Shown here piece after piece: positions 10,050 to 19,529 of a DNA stretch of 64,000 bases. Location of the stretch: the IMG/VR virus record IMGVR_UViG_3300042923_000569, positions 248,001 to 312,000 of that record; one strand, 5' to 3'. Positions within the stretch are counted from its first letter, which is position 1, and each line of letters starts with the position of its first letter. The translations under genes and the position numbers were made by a program. The notes beneath the pieces are model-generated. The model was not told the DNA's origin and ran no database searches. It worked only from the letters and a program-made list of their open reading frames with translations.

Positions 10050-10059
10050 GATTGCACCC

Positions 10060-10596
10060 TTACAGTACTTCGACTTTAGTAATTTCGTCGGATAGGTAGT
10101 AACGAGTATCGTTAACAACAGTGAAGCGATAGTTATTACCACGACCTTGTTCCCAATCGAGTGTGACATTAACAATGTCACCCGATTTAGTTTCCACTTT
10201 GAAACTATCATCGTAGCTTGGGTTGTTGTACAGAGAATCCGCCGCACCCTCATTACCGCCAAAATCTTTCATTTTGATAGTCACTTCAGTTTCATTGTTT
10301 TCCAGCATAACTACTGGAGTTTGCGGGAGTGAAGTTTGCTGCAATACATATTTGATTGCATCTTCAACCGAACCGTTAATTTCAGTTTCTTTACCAGATT
10401 CAATATTTGTTACCAGTATCGAAAACGGACCAACTGGATAGATGTTACGAGAGGGCCAACATGCACCAGTACTGATAGAGATTTCATATCCCATAAAATC
10501 AAACTGGCAGCACGCATTAATCTTTTCGCCATAATTGGTATCGAAGTTCAATCCGAAAATAGTGAATCCTTGAAAATTCTTATCTGAAATCGTCAT
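10060..10596 (-). CDS. hypothetical protein
   Basis: N-terminal half paralogous to 10615-10887 (KNFQGF...ACCQF.F.G.EISIS). Confidence 0.75.
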   Translation of the reverse strand: MTISDKNFQGFTIFGLNFDTNYGEKINACCQFDFMGYEISISTGACWPSRNIYPVGPFSILVTNIESGKETEINGSVEDAIKYVLQQTSLPQTPVVMLENNETEVTIKMKDFGGNEGAADSLYNNPSYDDSFKVETKSGDIVNVTLDWEQGRGNNYRFTVVNDTRYYLSDEITKVEVL

Positions 10597-10614
10597 TTTG
10601 TTTCTCACTTAAAA

Positions 10615-10887
10615 TTAGGCTGTTTGATTAATAACATAATCAATTGCGTTTTCTACTGTTCCACTGATGTATTTGATTTTACCAGATACTGTGTTAATTA
10701 CCCTTATTGTTTCAGGTCCAATATTATATACAGCTTGATTTGGATGTTCCGCAGTCGGACTGATGGAAATTTCATGGCCCCTGAAAATAAATTGACAGCA
10801 GGCGATTGTATTTTGACCGAAGTCATCAATAAAATCAAGTCCAACAACGGCAAAGCCCTGATAGTTCTTTTTGGTCAATGGTTCCAT
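10615..10887 (-). CDS. hypothetical protein
   Basis: Paralog of 10060-10596; start reassigned to MEPLTK. Confidence 0.75.
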   Translation of the reverse strand: MEPLTKKNYQGFAVVGLDFIDDFGQNTIACCQFIFRGHEISISPTAEHPNQAVYNIGPETIRVINTVSGKIKYISGTVENAIDYVINQTA

Positions 10888-10926
10888 TTTATTCTCAATT
10901 AAAAGTAATGTTGTTTCGGTAGGAGT

Positions 10927-10960
10927 ACTATAGCAAAAAGGGCTGACCGAAGTCAACCCT
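10927..10960 (-). promoter_or_regulatory. fused terminator / sigma70-type promoter, copy 3
   Basis: GGGTTGAC-TTCG-GTCAGCCC-TTTTT; TG-C-TATAGT. Confidence 0.8.
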
Positions 10961-10975
10961 TATTTTAAATTCTTT

Positions 10976-11308
10976 TTATTTGTTGGCGTAATAATTAAAC
11001 AAAATATTGATAGCCTGGTTGTCAGCATCTACCTGCCGCTGAATACGCTCTTTCTCCATATGTTCTTTCGCAAGTTCATACAATTTACGAACAGTATCAG
11101 TACGAATATAACGAATTATATCACCGTTACCAAGTATTGATGGTGTTGGGTTATCACCACGAATATCAATTACGACTTCAACCGCCCGGTAACGGTTTTT
11201 AATTACAACACAGTTATGGTCGCGACCAACATCTGTTTTCACCGAAAAATCTTCTGGATGTTTTTCAAAAAGTTCCAGGAACTTATCACCGGCTTCAAAC
11301 TGTTCCAT
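10976..11308 (-). CDS. hypothetical protein
   Basis: ORF with SD. Confidence 0.7.
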   Translation of the reverse strand: MEQFEAGDKFLELFEKHPEDFSVKTDVGRDHNCVVIKNRYRAVEVVIDIRGDNPTPSILGNGDIIRYIRTDTVRKLYELAKEHMEKERIQRQVDADNQAINILFNYYANK

Positions 11309-11318
11309 TACAATACCC

Positions 11319-11918
11319 TTATTTTAATGCGTACAAGTGGAAAAGGAATACGTGTTCAATACCTTCTTCATCATAAAGGTATTCATGTTGAATATCGTGA
11401 GTACCGATATACTCACCCCACTTATGCCACCGCCAGCCGCCATCTTCGGGCTGATGTTTTTTAAAGATTGGTGCCATAACTAAAACGTACTTGTTATCGG
11501 TGGATTCAATGAACGGGTACTTTTGCAGTACTTGTTCGTAGTTATCACATACACCATAACCATCGAAAAGGTTGATGCCATCTTTCATCATCTGAAGTGT
11601 TTTATCCCGGTCAGCAGTGTATTCACCCGTAACTGGATTGAACATACCATAACCACGATCTAATAGTTCGTTCGTAGTATTATCCTGGATAGTGTATTCG
11701 AAGTTCAGCGAACTGACCAAATACACACCAGTACTTTCCTGCAAAATATGATCAATTGCAGTAGGTTCGGTATAGCTACTTTTCCAAAATTCATGATTAT
11801 GGTCACAAGTACCAATGATAGTAATCATTTCTGGATTGGTTGCATCATGTTCTTTGACGTAGTTAACACCATTGTCTGAATTAAAAGTACTCATATCGAA
11901 ATCTAAATTAACAAGCAT
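11319..11918 (-). CDS. conserved phage hypothetical protein (GGWRWHKWGxYIG motif)
   Basis: Motif recalled from large-phage hypothetical proteins. Confidence 0.8.
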   Translation of the reverse strand: MLVNLDFDMSTFNSDNGVNYVKEHDATNPEMITIIGTCDHNHEFWKSSYTEPTAIDHILQESTGVYLVSSLNFEYTIQDNTTNELLDRGYGMFNPVTGEYTADRDKTLQMMKDGINLFDGYGVCDNYEQVLQKYPFIESTDNKYVLVMAPIFKKHQPEDGGWRWHKWGEYIGTHDIQHEYLYDEEGIEHVFLFHLYALK

Positions 11919-11933
11919 TATGTATACCTTTTA

Positions 11934-12260
11934 TTAAAGATCGGGCAATCGGATGTTTTTAGGCATAAGGCGTGAAGTAGTTAAAACTTCACCATTTAAT
12001 TTTTCAAGCAACTCATGGCGAATATCCAATGCTTGCCATTCACTTTCCAGAAGACGATAAGAGAGAAAACAACCATGCTTCTCAATGCCATTTTCATCTT
12101 CATAGCGGAAAGTCCTTGTATAGATATCACGAATCGTGGCTTCTACGCCGCAGCAAAGTACTCGCTCATTAATCTTAAACTTTGAAATATCTTCAGGTGA
12201 ATAACGCGGAATAGATCTGTTGCGTACATTATGGTTCTTTTCGCGAGCTGGAGAGTTCAT
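11934..12260 (-). CDS. hypothetical protein
   Basis: ORF downstream of promoter at 12295. Confidence 0.7.
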   Translation of the reverse strand: MNSPAREKNHNVRNRSIPRYSPEDISKFKINERVLCCGVEATIRDIYTRTFRYEDENGIEKHGCFLSYRLLESEWQALDIRHELLEKLNGEVLTTSRLMPKNIRLPDL

Positions 12261-12294
12261 AAGTTTAACTTTTCTTTATCTGGTCAAGACGTCT

Positions 12295-12328
12295 ATAATA
12301 GCAAAAAGGGCTGACCGAAGTCAACCCT
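12295..12328 (-). promoter_or_regulatory. fused terminator / sigma70-type promoter, copy 4
   Basis: GGGTTGAC-TTCG-GTCAGCCC-TTTTT; TG-C-TATTAT. Confidence 0.8.
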
Positions 12329-12333
12329 TTGTT

Positions 12334-12528
12334 TTACGAATGCACTGCTAAAAAGTTTCTAATTTCACGGTCATTGTACAATGGTGTTTCATCATACTCA
12401 ACCGTCTCTAGGCTCTCTGTGCTGCCTTTGGTGAGGACTTTCACTACTACCTCATCATCGGTCTGGCTGAGTACGGTGAAGCCTGAGCTTTTGATACGGT
12501 CAACCAAATACTGACTTATCACGTTCAC
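12334..12528 (-). CDS. hypothetical protein
   Basis: ORF with AGGAGG SD nearby. Confidence 0.65.
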   Translation of the reverse strand: MNVISQYLVDRIKSSGFTVLSQTDDEVVVKVLTKGSTESLETVEYDETPLYNDREIRNFLAVHS

Positions 12529-12608
12529 CTCCTGAAAGTTGTGTTGGAGTACATAGCTTTCGGTACTGCAACACTCTAGGAGATGAATGTCAATAAGTCA
12601 AGTACTTT

Positions 12609-13331
12609 TTAGCATGAACAGCTAAAAAATGACCCGCGATCATGATAAGGAACTTCAACACCGCGATAGATTTCGTAGTTATCCCAAAACTCGTCTGAAA
12701 CATATTCACCTTCAAGTAATCCACCTTTAACAAGATAGTTATTCCAGGTTCCATTACGCTGTGAACGTACCCAATCATCTGCGTATTCCATTAGTTCATC
12801 AACCTCTAAACCTAAATCATCTGCATAGTTTTCAATCCAGTAATATGCAGTGTTTGAATCTTTCTTTTCTGGCTCTGATAAAGGTGCTGGTTCGACAAAT
12901 TCAGTACGTTTTACAACTGACGATGGTACAGATACAGTTAAACGTTTCTGGATTTCCTGCATTAGTTCTTCAGAAGTTAATTCTTCAAGAGCTTTCGGTT
13001 TATTCTCTGGAAAATCTGGATGGGTCCAAACGTGTGCAAGAGAAGTAATCTTACGTGGATAAACTACTAACCAGAAACGTTCACCTTTTTCAACTTTTTC
13101 AGTTAGAAACGGATCAACAATACCAACAGCTTTCAGTTCTGGACGGAAGTCAGTTGCATATGCTTTACCATCTGAACCAATACCAATGTTACAACCAACA
13201 GTTAAATCTTCACCTGCTTCAACAGGCTCAACACCTAAGTGAATTGCATCACGACGTTCTTCACGAGTATGAATCAAGCCAAGGGAATCTAATGCATCTG
13301 TTGCAACTGAACGTTTATCTTTATGAGACAT
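12609..13331 (-). CDS. conserved phage hypothetical protein
   Basis: RDAIH...VGIVDPFL...GERFWL...ITSLAHVWTHPDF and C-terminal FFSCSC. Confidence 0.8.
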   Translation of the reverse strand: MSHKDKRSVATDALDSLGLIHTREERRDAIHLGVEPVEAGEDLTVGCNIGIGSDGKAYATDFRPELKAVGIVDPFLTEKVEKGERFWLVVYPRKITSLAHVWTHPDFPENKPKALEELTSEELMQEIQKRLTVSVPSSVVKRTEFVEPAPLSEPEKKDSNTAYYWIENYADDLGLEVDELMEYADDWVRSQRNGTWNNYLVKGGLLEGEYVSDEFWDNYEIYRGVEVPYHDRGSFFSCSC

Positions 13332-13343
13332 AATTTTAAAACC

Positions 13344-14348
13344 TTATTCGAAGTTAATATTATTACGTACTACAATGCGACGTACTTTATCCATCATATC
13401 ATTGTAGCGACGGGATAGAGTTGCTTTTGAAGTTACAAACTTTCCTTTACCATCAATATAACCAGAAGTAATTACTTCGTCAAAGGTATGAACACGATAC
13501 CCGTCAAGGCCATGTACTAAACCTAATAGAACTCGTTCATGTTCTTCAAGTTCATCCATAATTTCTTCCATCACTGCAAGAAAATCTTTACTCAAACAAC
13601 GTTCATCTACAACGTAGTCTGCACTTTCACCTGGTATAATATCTTTTAGAGTTTGTTCTGAACCTTCTTCTGAACGGTTCATTGGCGTATCAATACTAAA
13701 AGTATTACTGTTATAATTCATAATACGTTTTACTGCACGGATATCGATCCCGGTTGCTTCTGAAATTTGTTCGTTTGTTGGATAGCCATTGCTATCAGAA
13801 ATGAAACGTTCAATGAATGATTGAATTTTAATATTACTTACAGAAAGATGTTCTGGTAGTGCAACCATCCGTACATCATTGTTGCCGTTACGATACATGT
13901 ACTGACGGATTGCAGTAGTAGCATAAGTACTAAACATTGTACGGAAAGATGGATCAAAACCATAGATTGCTTTCATCAATCCTTCGAATCCATATTGTAC
14001 TTTATCTTGGAATGGAATGTTACAAGTACAGTTCTTTGCTTCAGTATAAACTAAACCACTATTATAAAGTACTAGTAGTTTTTTAGATTCTTCTACATCT
14101 TCACCTGATTGGATCTTACGAATAAGTTCTTCATTGCTCACATATTCACGCGACTTTACAGAAGCTTTAATTTTATCCATAGTTAAATCAGAAGAGGAAG
14201 TATTATCTTCTTGTTTTGTTTCTTCTTCTAAATCAAGCGAACCTAGATTATCCAGATTTGTTGTTTCTTCTTCAAAGCATTCGTTTAGTACTTCTTCCTG
14301 AATTTCTTCTAAGTTTAGCTTTTTAATGCTCACATTTTCTCCGAACAA
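13344..14348 (-). CDS. RNA polymerase sigma-70 family factor
   Basis: Region 2 signature LVLYNSGLV...QDKVQYGFEGLMKAIYGFDPSFRTMFSTYA...RMVALP; region 3 PTNEQISEATG...SIDTP; TTG start uncertain. Confidence 0.9.
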   Translation of the reverse strand: MFGENVSIKKLNLEEIQEEVLNECFEEETTNLDNLGSLDLEEETKQEDNTSSSDLTMDKIKASVKSREYVSNEELIRKIQSGEDVEESKKLLVLYNSGLVYTEAKNCTCNIPFQDKVQYGFEGLMKAIYGFDPSFRTMFSTYATTAIRQYMYRNGNNDVRMVALPEHLSVSNIKIQSFIERFISDSNGYPTNEQISEATGIDIRAVKRIMNYNSNTFSIDTPMNRSEEGSEQTLKDIIPGESADYVVDERCLSKDFLAVMEEIMDELEEHERVLLGLVHGLDGYRVHTFDEVITSGYIDGKGKFVTSKATLSRRYNDMMDKVRRIVVRNNINFE

Positions 14349-14374
14349 AATATATACGATGAATTTTAGTCAAT

Positions 14375-14404
14375 AAAAAAAGCCAGGCTTTTCAGCTTGG
14401 CTTT
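14375..14404 (-). terminator. intrinsic terminator
   Basis: AAGCCAAGCT-GAAA-AGCCTGGCTT followed by T run. Confidence 0.7.
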
Positions 14405-14430
14405 GGTACAACACGAACGTAGGGGTTTGG

Positions 14431-14577
14431 TTATGCTGAGTAGGTGCTGTGAATAATCACGTTACCTTTCTCTTCTTTCAGATAGCGACGTGCTTCGGCT
14501 TCTGAACGTGCTGAAATGCGGGTGCGGTGCTTATTGCTGCTACCTTGGAAATAGTACTCTACGAAATATTCTTTCAT
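14431..14577 (-). CDS. small hypothetical protein (48 aa)
   Basis: Manual: MKEYFVEYYFQGSSNKHRTRISARSEAEARRYLKEEKGNVIIHSTYSA; ATGA-coupled to HTH gene, AAGGA SD. Confidence 0.6.
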   Translation of the reverse strand: MKEYFVEYYFQGSSNKHRTRISARSEAEARRYLKEEKGNVIIHSTYSA

Positions 14578-14819
14578 GATACTGTATCCTTTTGTTTAAG
14601 CTCAGTTGTTATTTTAATATCATAGCCGAGTTCAATTGCAAAGTCAACTAGCATATCGATACTAAACAAATCTTTGCGTTCCTGCATCAAGTTGGATACG
14701 CGAGGCTGAGAAGTCTTTAACGCGTGGGATAAATCCTTCTGTGACATATTGTGGATCAATGCCGTGCCTTTGATTAACTTGAACAACTGTTTCTTTAATG
14801 CGTCTTTATTACTAGCCAT
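14574..14819 (-). CDS. XRE-family HTH transcriptional regulator
   Basis: MSQKDLSHALKTSQPRVSNLMQERKDLFSIDML (HTH_37-like). Confidence 0.85.
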   Translation of the reverse strand: MASNKDALKKQLFKLIKGTALIHNMSQKDLSHALKTSQPRVSNLMQERKDLFSIDMLVDFAIELGYDIKITTELKQKDTVS

Positions 14820-15014
14820 TTCAAAATCTCACTTAAAATTCATCTCGATTAAAAGGTGGCGGGGTTTCCCCCGCCGGGTCTGGCATTCATTGCTTCAACC
14901 GTTACGCATATGCTCTCACCACCGAACTGATGATAACATAGTACTTCGTAGTAAATCAAGAACTTTGTTGAATGAGTTCGGTTCATTCTAAAAGGTACTG
15001 TTTCTCATTCCACC

Positions 15015-15497
15015 TATAAATGGTGTGGGGTATCTACGCTATACCACAAGTACCAGTTTGAAACGTTACGCGGCCTACGTCTACCGCACCAGATAAAGTA
15101 TCTGGAAAGTTTTTCGCTAACTTCATCCTGCTTAACCTATGGTATCGCAAGTCAACGTTTCTACTCCTAGATTACTCACATATTACTATGTCAGCAACAG
15201 TACTGAAACATCAATCCGGTTTCCCCCAGCCCCAGCTCTAACTCGGACTACGCGATTGACATAACCAATGTTCCAGTATACTTCTTTCAATTACCATTAC
15301 TTTGAATGGCGAAGTCAGACATGAGCGGCTTCTACGATATTTGTAGCGGGAATAAGCTACCCCGCATCAATCTCCACCTGTACAGTACAATTACTTTAGT
15401 ACTAATACGTGCTCACTGCAATATGTCTCATTTATAGTGTGAATCTAATTCGCGGTTATTGCCAAAGTGCCGCGAACCAATCACTTTTCGCCTAGAT
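15015..15497 (-). ncRNA. candidate large (~480 nt) structured non-coding RNA
   Basis: No ORF; GC-richer than flanks; hairpins TTCGCGG/CCGCGAA, GCGGG/CCCGC, CCAGATA/TATCTGG, long-range GAAACGTT/AACGTTTC. Confidence 0.5.
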
Positions 15498-15669
15498 TTA
15501 TATGATTAATTTATAATTTAAGTTTTACATTTGCGTAAAGCCCTCATCTTTATTAAACACTACACTTTTCAGTGCATCCAAGAACAATCTTGCTTTAGAG
15601 ACTCTATTATGCTTTCTTTCGAAGTAGAAGTCAAGCATAATTTTCATTTATTTTTCGAATCTTTAAAGT

Positions 15670-15981
15670 TTAAATCGGATATTTCTCTTTCAGTGCTTTC
15701 CAGTCTACCATTCCTGGTAGTACTGTCAATCGCTTTTTTAAGATTTCTTGGGCTAATTTTTCAGCCTGTTCTTCGGCTTGCCAACAGATACGATTCTTAC
15801 TTTCCAGATCATACCATTCATAACCTTCGAAACCATTCCAGCTTTTACATCGTGCTTTGACTTCATGCGTCTTCTTCCAGCACTGGAAGAAATACTTACG
15901 CTCAAGTACTTCGATCTTGATGACAGAACCAAATAAATCAGGTTCAAGTTTAATGAAACTAACAATGAATTTGTGTTTCAT
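15670..15981 (-). CDS. hypothetical protein
   Basis: ORF with SD. Confidence 0.7.
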   Translation of the reverse strand: MKHKFIVSFIKLEPDLFGSVIKIEVLERKYFFQCWKKTHEVKARCKSWNGFEGYEWYDLESKNRICWQAEEQAEKLAQEILKKRLTVLPGMVDWKALKEKYPI

Positions 15982-15986
15982 TTTTG

Positions 15987-16148
15987 TTAATCCTTGAAGT
16001 TAACAATATCAAGAACTACTTCATCATATGATTTACAGAAACCAACCGCCAGACCATGTGCATAATCAAACGCACTGAATTCTGGCTCACCTTTATTACT
16101 GCGAATTTTACGTGCAATGTTAGCAATGCACATTTCGTATGCGTTCAT
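15987..16148 (-). CDS. hypothetical protein
   Basis: Start reassigned to MNAYEM. Confidence 0.6.
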   Translation of the reverse strand: MNAYEMCIANIARKIRSNKGEPEFSAFDYAHGLAVGFCKSYDEVVLDIVNFKD

Positions 16149-16201
16149 ATTAATCTCATTTAAAAGTGGAGAGGCCGTCCCTCTCCAATACATATATAAT
16201 A

Positions 16202-16495
16202 CTACTTAACCTTACGAATTGCAACCAGAAAAATCCCCTTTCCGTTATTTTGGAAGGAAGTTTCTGCCATAATTTTTGAGCCATCCAGACCGAAATCGAT
16301 TGACAGTTTAACAATATTATGAGTGTGGCTAGTCTTACCCAACTGGAAACTCGTAATATAGGCTTCAGCTTCCTGGATAGTTTCAAAGCGTTTAGCAGTA
16401 CTGAAGTCATTTGAGCGTACCGGTGTATCCCATTTATCCTCACGGATAAACTGATACTCAGGAATAACACTATCAACTACAGTAATAATATACAT
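16202..16495 (-). CDS. hypothetical protein
   Basis: DFSTAKRF motif similar to DFKSAKKH of adjacent gene. Confidence 0.7.
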   Translation of the reverse strand: MYIITVVDSVIPEYQFIREDKWDTPVRSNDFSTAKRFETIQEAEAYITSFQLGKTSHTHNIVKLSIDFGLDGSKIMAETSFQNNGKGIFLVAIRKVK

Positions 16496-16496
16496 G

Positions 16497-16784
16497 CTAT
16501 TTTCCTAGACCAAGTGCTTTGATCTCTTGTGGAGATAGTTTCTTTAGGGCTGATTGACGAAGTTCTTCATCAATTGCATCTTGTGATACTTCTTCAGTAA
16601 TAACAGTACAGCGAAGAATTCCAGTTCCATTATCTGAACGTTTAGATTCCATCGCAGAATTCATAGTACTATGTTTCTTAGCACTTTTGAAATCTGTTTT
16701 ATATGGATAACCACCAGTGTGGTTATCATGATCGATAAAGCCATCATCTTTCTTTACTACATAGTAAACAATTGAATTAGACAT
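16497..16784 (-). CDS. hypothetical protein
   Basis: C-terminal ALKKLSPQEIKALGL phage motif. Confidence 0.75.
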   Translation of the reverse strand: MSNSIVYYVVKKDDGFIDHDNHTGGYPYKTDFKSAKKHSTMNSAMESKRSDNGTGILRCTVITEEVSQDAIDEELRQSALKKLSPQEIKALGLGK

Positions 16785-16786
16785 TT

Positions 16787-17308
16787 TTAGTCACCGTAAC
16801 GAACATTCGTAAATTTTCTTTCATTATCATACATGATATGTTCACGTACAATAACACCTTTTTCAATATGAAGTACACGTTCATGTACTGGAGTACTTAA
16901 AGTTATTTGTTTAAGTTCATCCAGTTCAACAGATACTTCACCTTTGTATTTTAAGAATCCCATACGTTTACGATTGAAGTGGTATTCGAATGATTTGTCG
17001 GTGACATTAATATAATACACACCTTCTTCTTCAATCGTCTTACCTTCTTCAACGTAAGTGATGATGATTTTAAAATTGCCATGATCTGTATAAGTACTAA
17101 AACAATTTTTCAATTCATTAGAAGTTACTGTAAATTGAAATACGTAACCACTTTTATTTTTAAATTTTTCTGCTGCACCATTAGCATTCATTTGGATGAT
17201 CTGTAATGGAACTGCGTCAAACTGTTCAAACACATTACTATTTCTGTCATCCATTGAAAGGAATTTATTAGGATCTGTCAGAATAACCCAATCATTTTTC
17301 TTGAACAT
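16787..17308 (-). CDS. hypothetical protein
   Basis: ORF in packed run. Confidence 0.75.
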   Translation of the reverse strand: MFKKNDWVILTDPNKFLSMDDRNSNVFEQFDAVPLQIIQMNANGAAEKFKNKSGYVFQFTVTSNELKNCFSTYTDHGNFKIIITYVEEGKTIEEEGVYYINVTDKSFEYHFNRKRMGFLKYKGEVSVELDELKQITLSTPVHERVLHIEKGVIVREHIMYDNERKFTNVRYGD

Positions 17309-17314
17309 AATTTC

Positions 17315-17581
17315 TCACATACTTAGAGATTCAATAAAATCGAATAGTTCATTACTTTCTACCAAGCCTGCTCCAATTAAACGAATACGAGTTTCTTCTT
17401 TGCTGGCAGTAGTTTCAAAAGTACTTTCCATAACTTCGTGCAAACAGTTTGGTAGTACATTCCAAAGTTCATCACCCAAATCATGGTCACTTAAGCAGCC
17501 ATGTTCATCGAAGTAATCTTTATCCACAATACTTATTAAAAAACCAAAATCTTCAGCATCATTGAATGAAAAGAGATACAT
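17315..17581 (-). CDS. hypothetical protein
   Basis: ORF in packed run. Confidence 0.7.
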   Translation of the reverse strand: MYLFSFNDAEDFGFLISIVDKDYFDEHGCLSDHDLGDELWNVLPNCLHEVMESTFETTASKEETRIRLIGAGLVESNELFDFIESLSM

Positions 17582-17955
17582 TATAGCTCCAGACCGTAAA
17601 CAGTTGCTTTCATGCGTAGTTCATAGGGATCGAACGACTCTTTAATCCATCCTTCAGGCGATACCCATGCATCCCAAGTTTTATTTCGGCGTTTGTAGGT
17701 GGTAAAGTCGAAACGTACTACACTGTCATTCGTATATTCCAAGTTGTCAGCTTGTACAACACAGAATTTAGAATCGATTTTTGCTACGAATTTGCGGTTA
17801 GCAAAAATAATTTCACCATCACACTCAATTCCAATTAGATCTTCAAACTCTGAAACGCGGTTAACCGTACCGGTACGCATTGTTCCTTTATAAAGGAAAC
17901 ATACTTCTTCATTTTTATTCAATAACATAACATTGTACCTCAAAAAGTACTGCAT
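17581..17955 (-). CDS. hypothetical protein
   Basis: ORF; start may be the downstream MLLNK. Confidence 0.7.
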   Translation of the reverse strand: MQYFLRYNVMLLNKNEEVCFLYKGTMRTGTVNRVSEFEDLIGIECDGEIIFANRKFVAKIDSKFCVVQADNLEYTNDSVVRFDFTTYKRRNKTWDAWVSPEGWIKESFDPYELRMKATVYGLEL

Positions 17956-17982
17956 TTGGTTGCAGTACTTAATTTATAATCT

Positions 17983-18438
17983 TTAATCTTTAAAGTTGAT
18001 GAAAGGACAAATTTTTTGTTTCTTTGCTTTTACATAAGCAAATACAAAGTTTGTTTCTTTTGGTTCATCAGATTTATTAGAAACCCAGCGATGTTTGAAG
18101 TATGTATTATATGCAATAACCAATACAAGTAAAGTATCAATTATCACAGATGTTACAACAGCACGATAGTTAAATACGCCGGGTAGCTGATGGAATATTG
18201 CAGGTAAGATCTTCATACTTGCAAGCATATCATTGAAAAATGCACCAAAGCCATATAAAAACACAATTAATATTGCAGTTAATGCGAATAGTAAAATTAC
18301 AACACCTGCAACGATTAAAAATGGTGAAAGTACTACTTGCCAGAAATAGATACAAAGTGAATTTGATGGACTTTTACCAAAAAAGTCCAACATAAAATCT
18401 GCCATACGGTAATGCCAAGAGTTACGACTGATATTCAT
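17983..18438 (-). CDS. conserved phage membrane protein
   Basis: ISRNSWHYR...SLCIYFW...KAKKQKICPFI; two TM segments. Confidence 0.8.
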   Translation of the reverse strand: MNISRNSWHYRMADFMLDFFGKSPSNSLCIYFWQVVLSPFLIVAGVVILLFALTAILIVFLYGFGAFFNDMLASMKILPAIFHQLPGVFNYRAVVTSVIIDTLLVLVIAYNTYFKHRWVSNKSDEPKETNFVFAYVKAKKQKICPFINFKD

Positions 18439-18561
18439 TAACTGCCTCGTGTTAGGGAATTAACACAATCCCCGATTGTTGGATGTTTTGTACCGAACTG
18501 ATAACCAACGCCAGCACCGATACTGAATACTACCAGGATAAGAATAATTGGCTTTAACATT

Positions 18562-19269
18562 TTACGACTCCAGTTTATCAATAATTGATTGGACAGTAGT
18601 TAAACACTCCTGCTGAAACTGCTCTGAATCATAATAAGCAGTCCCGCCGCCAGATTCAACTTGCTCTTTAGATAAGTATAACCCATTTTTAAGATTATAG
18701 TCAAGAACAATTTTCCATGCTTTATACGTCGCTAAAACCAGTTCTACGATGATCGGATGGTGATCCGGCTTAACATAAAAACAAATCGAATATTCACTGC
18801 TAAATGGGTAAGGCGTGCTGATAAAGTTCCTGCTATGGTCAGCCATCTGATCCGTTGCATAAGCAATTTGCTCTGCTGCGATTGCCTCTGCATCGAAATA
18901 GTACGATTTATCTTGTACCCCAAATTCCTGTTTGTAAGTTGAAATACTTTTCTCCATGCGTTGTTTAATACGCTCTGGAACTTCAGGGAAAAGATCTTTC
19001 CATTGTTGATAGTTGGATTCTTCTTCCTGGAGAAAACGTGCACGTTTGTCCAATACAACATCAAAATTGTAATCGTACTTAGAAAACAAATTCTGATAAC
19101 GTCTTTCATCATATTCTTCGTACTGCAACCCTTGTACTGGATCATACTCAATTCCATTTCCAATAACAGAAAAAATATGATCCAGTTGGCTTAGTGCAGT
19201 AGGATGAATAGTAATGTACTTATACTTCTGGAAACTCAAGTTGTATAGTACATTATCTAATTCCGACAT
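18562..19269 (-). CDS. hypothetical protein
   Basis: 235 aa ORF. Confidence 0.75.
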   Translation of the reverse strand: MSELDNVLYNLSFQKYKYITIHPTALSQLDHIFSVIGNGIEYDPVQGLQYEEYDERRYQNLFSKYDYNFDVVLDKRARFLQEEESNYQQWKDLFPEVPERIKQRMEKSISTYKQEFGVQDKSYYFDAEAIAAEQIAYATDQMADHSRNFISTPYPFSSEYSICFYVKPDHHPIIVELVLATYKAWKIVLDYNLKNGLYLSKEQVESGGGTAYYDSEQFQQECLTTVQSIIDKLES

Positions 19270-19273
19270 TTTA

Positions 19274-19522
19274 TTATCCTAACAGAATGTTTAAGATTTG
19301 TTTTTTCATATTGACTACACTAGCTTCCAGCTTTGATTTAGCATTGAAGGTACTGTCAATATCTTTATAGAACTGGTCAATCTCTTTAGTCCTGATATTT
19401 TTTGATTCAGTAAACTTCTCCTGAATAGTCTCGTACAGACCTTTAATCTTAAGAGTCATTTCCTGTACCTGAACATCAGTACTTTTGATAGATACAACTA
19501 AGTCGTTAATTTGTTCTGACAT
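19274..19522 (-). CDS. hypothetical coiled-coil protein
   Basis: ORF. Confidence 0.7.
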   Translation of the reverse strand: MSEQINDLVVSIKSTDVQVQEMTLKIKGLYETIQEKFTESKNIRTKEIDQFYKDIDSTFNAKSKLEASVVNMKKQILNILLG

Positions 19523-19529
19523 TTTGAAC

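Noticed and set aside
15015-15497. tmRNA or RNase P RNA
   Set aside because: No GGGG..GATTCGA 5' end with T-arm 3' end and no GAGGAAAGTCC P4 motif was found; left unassigned.
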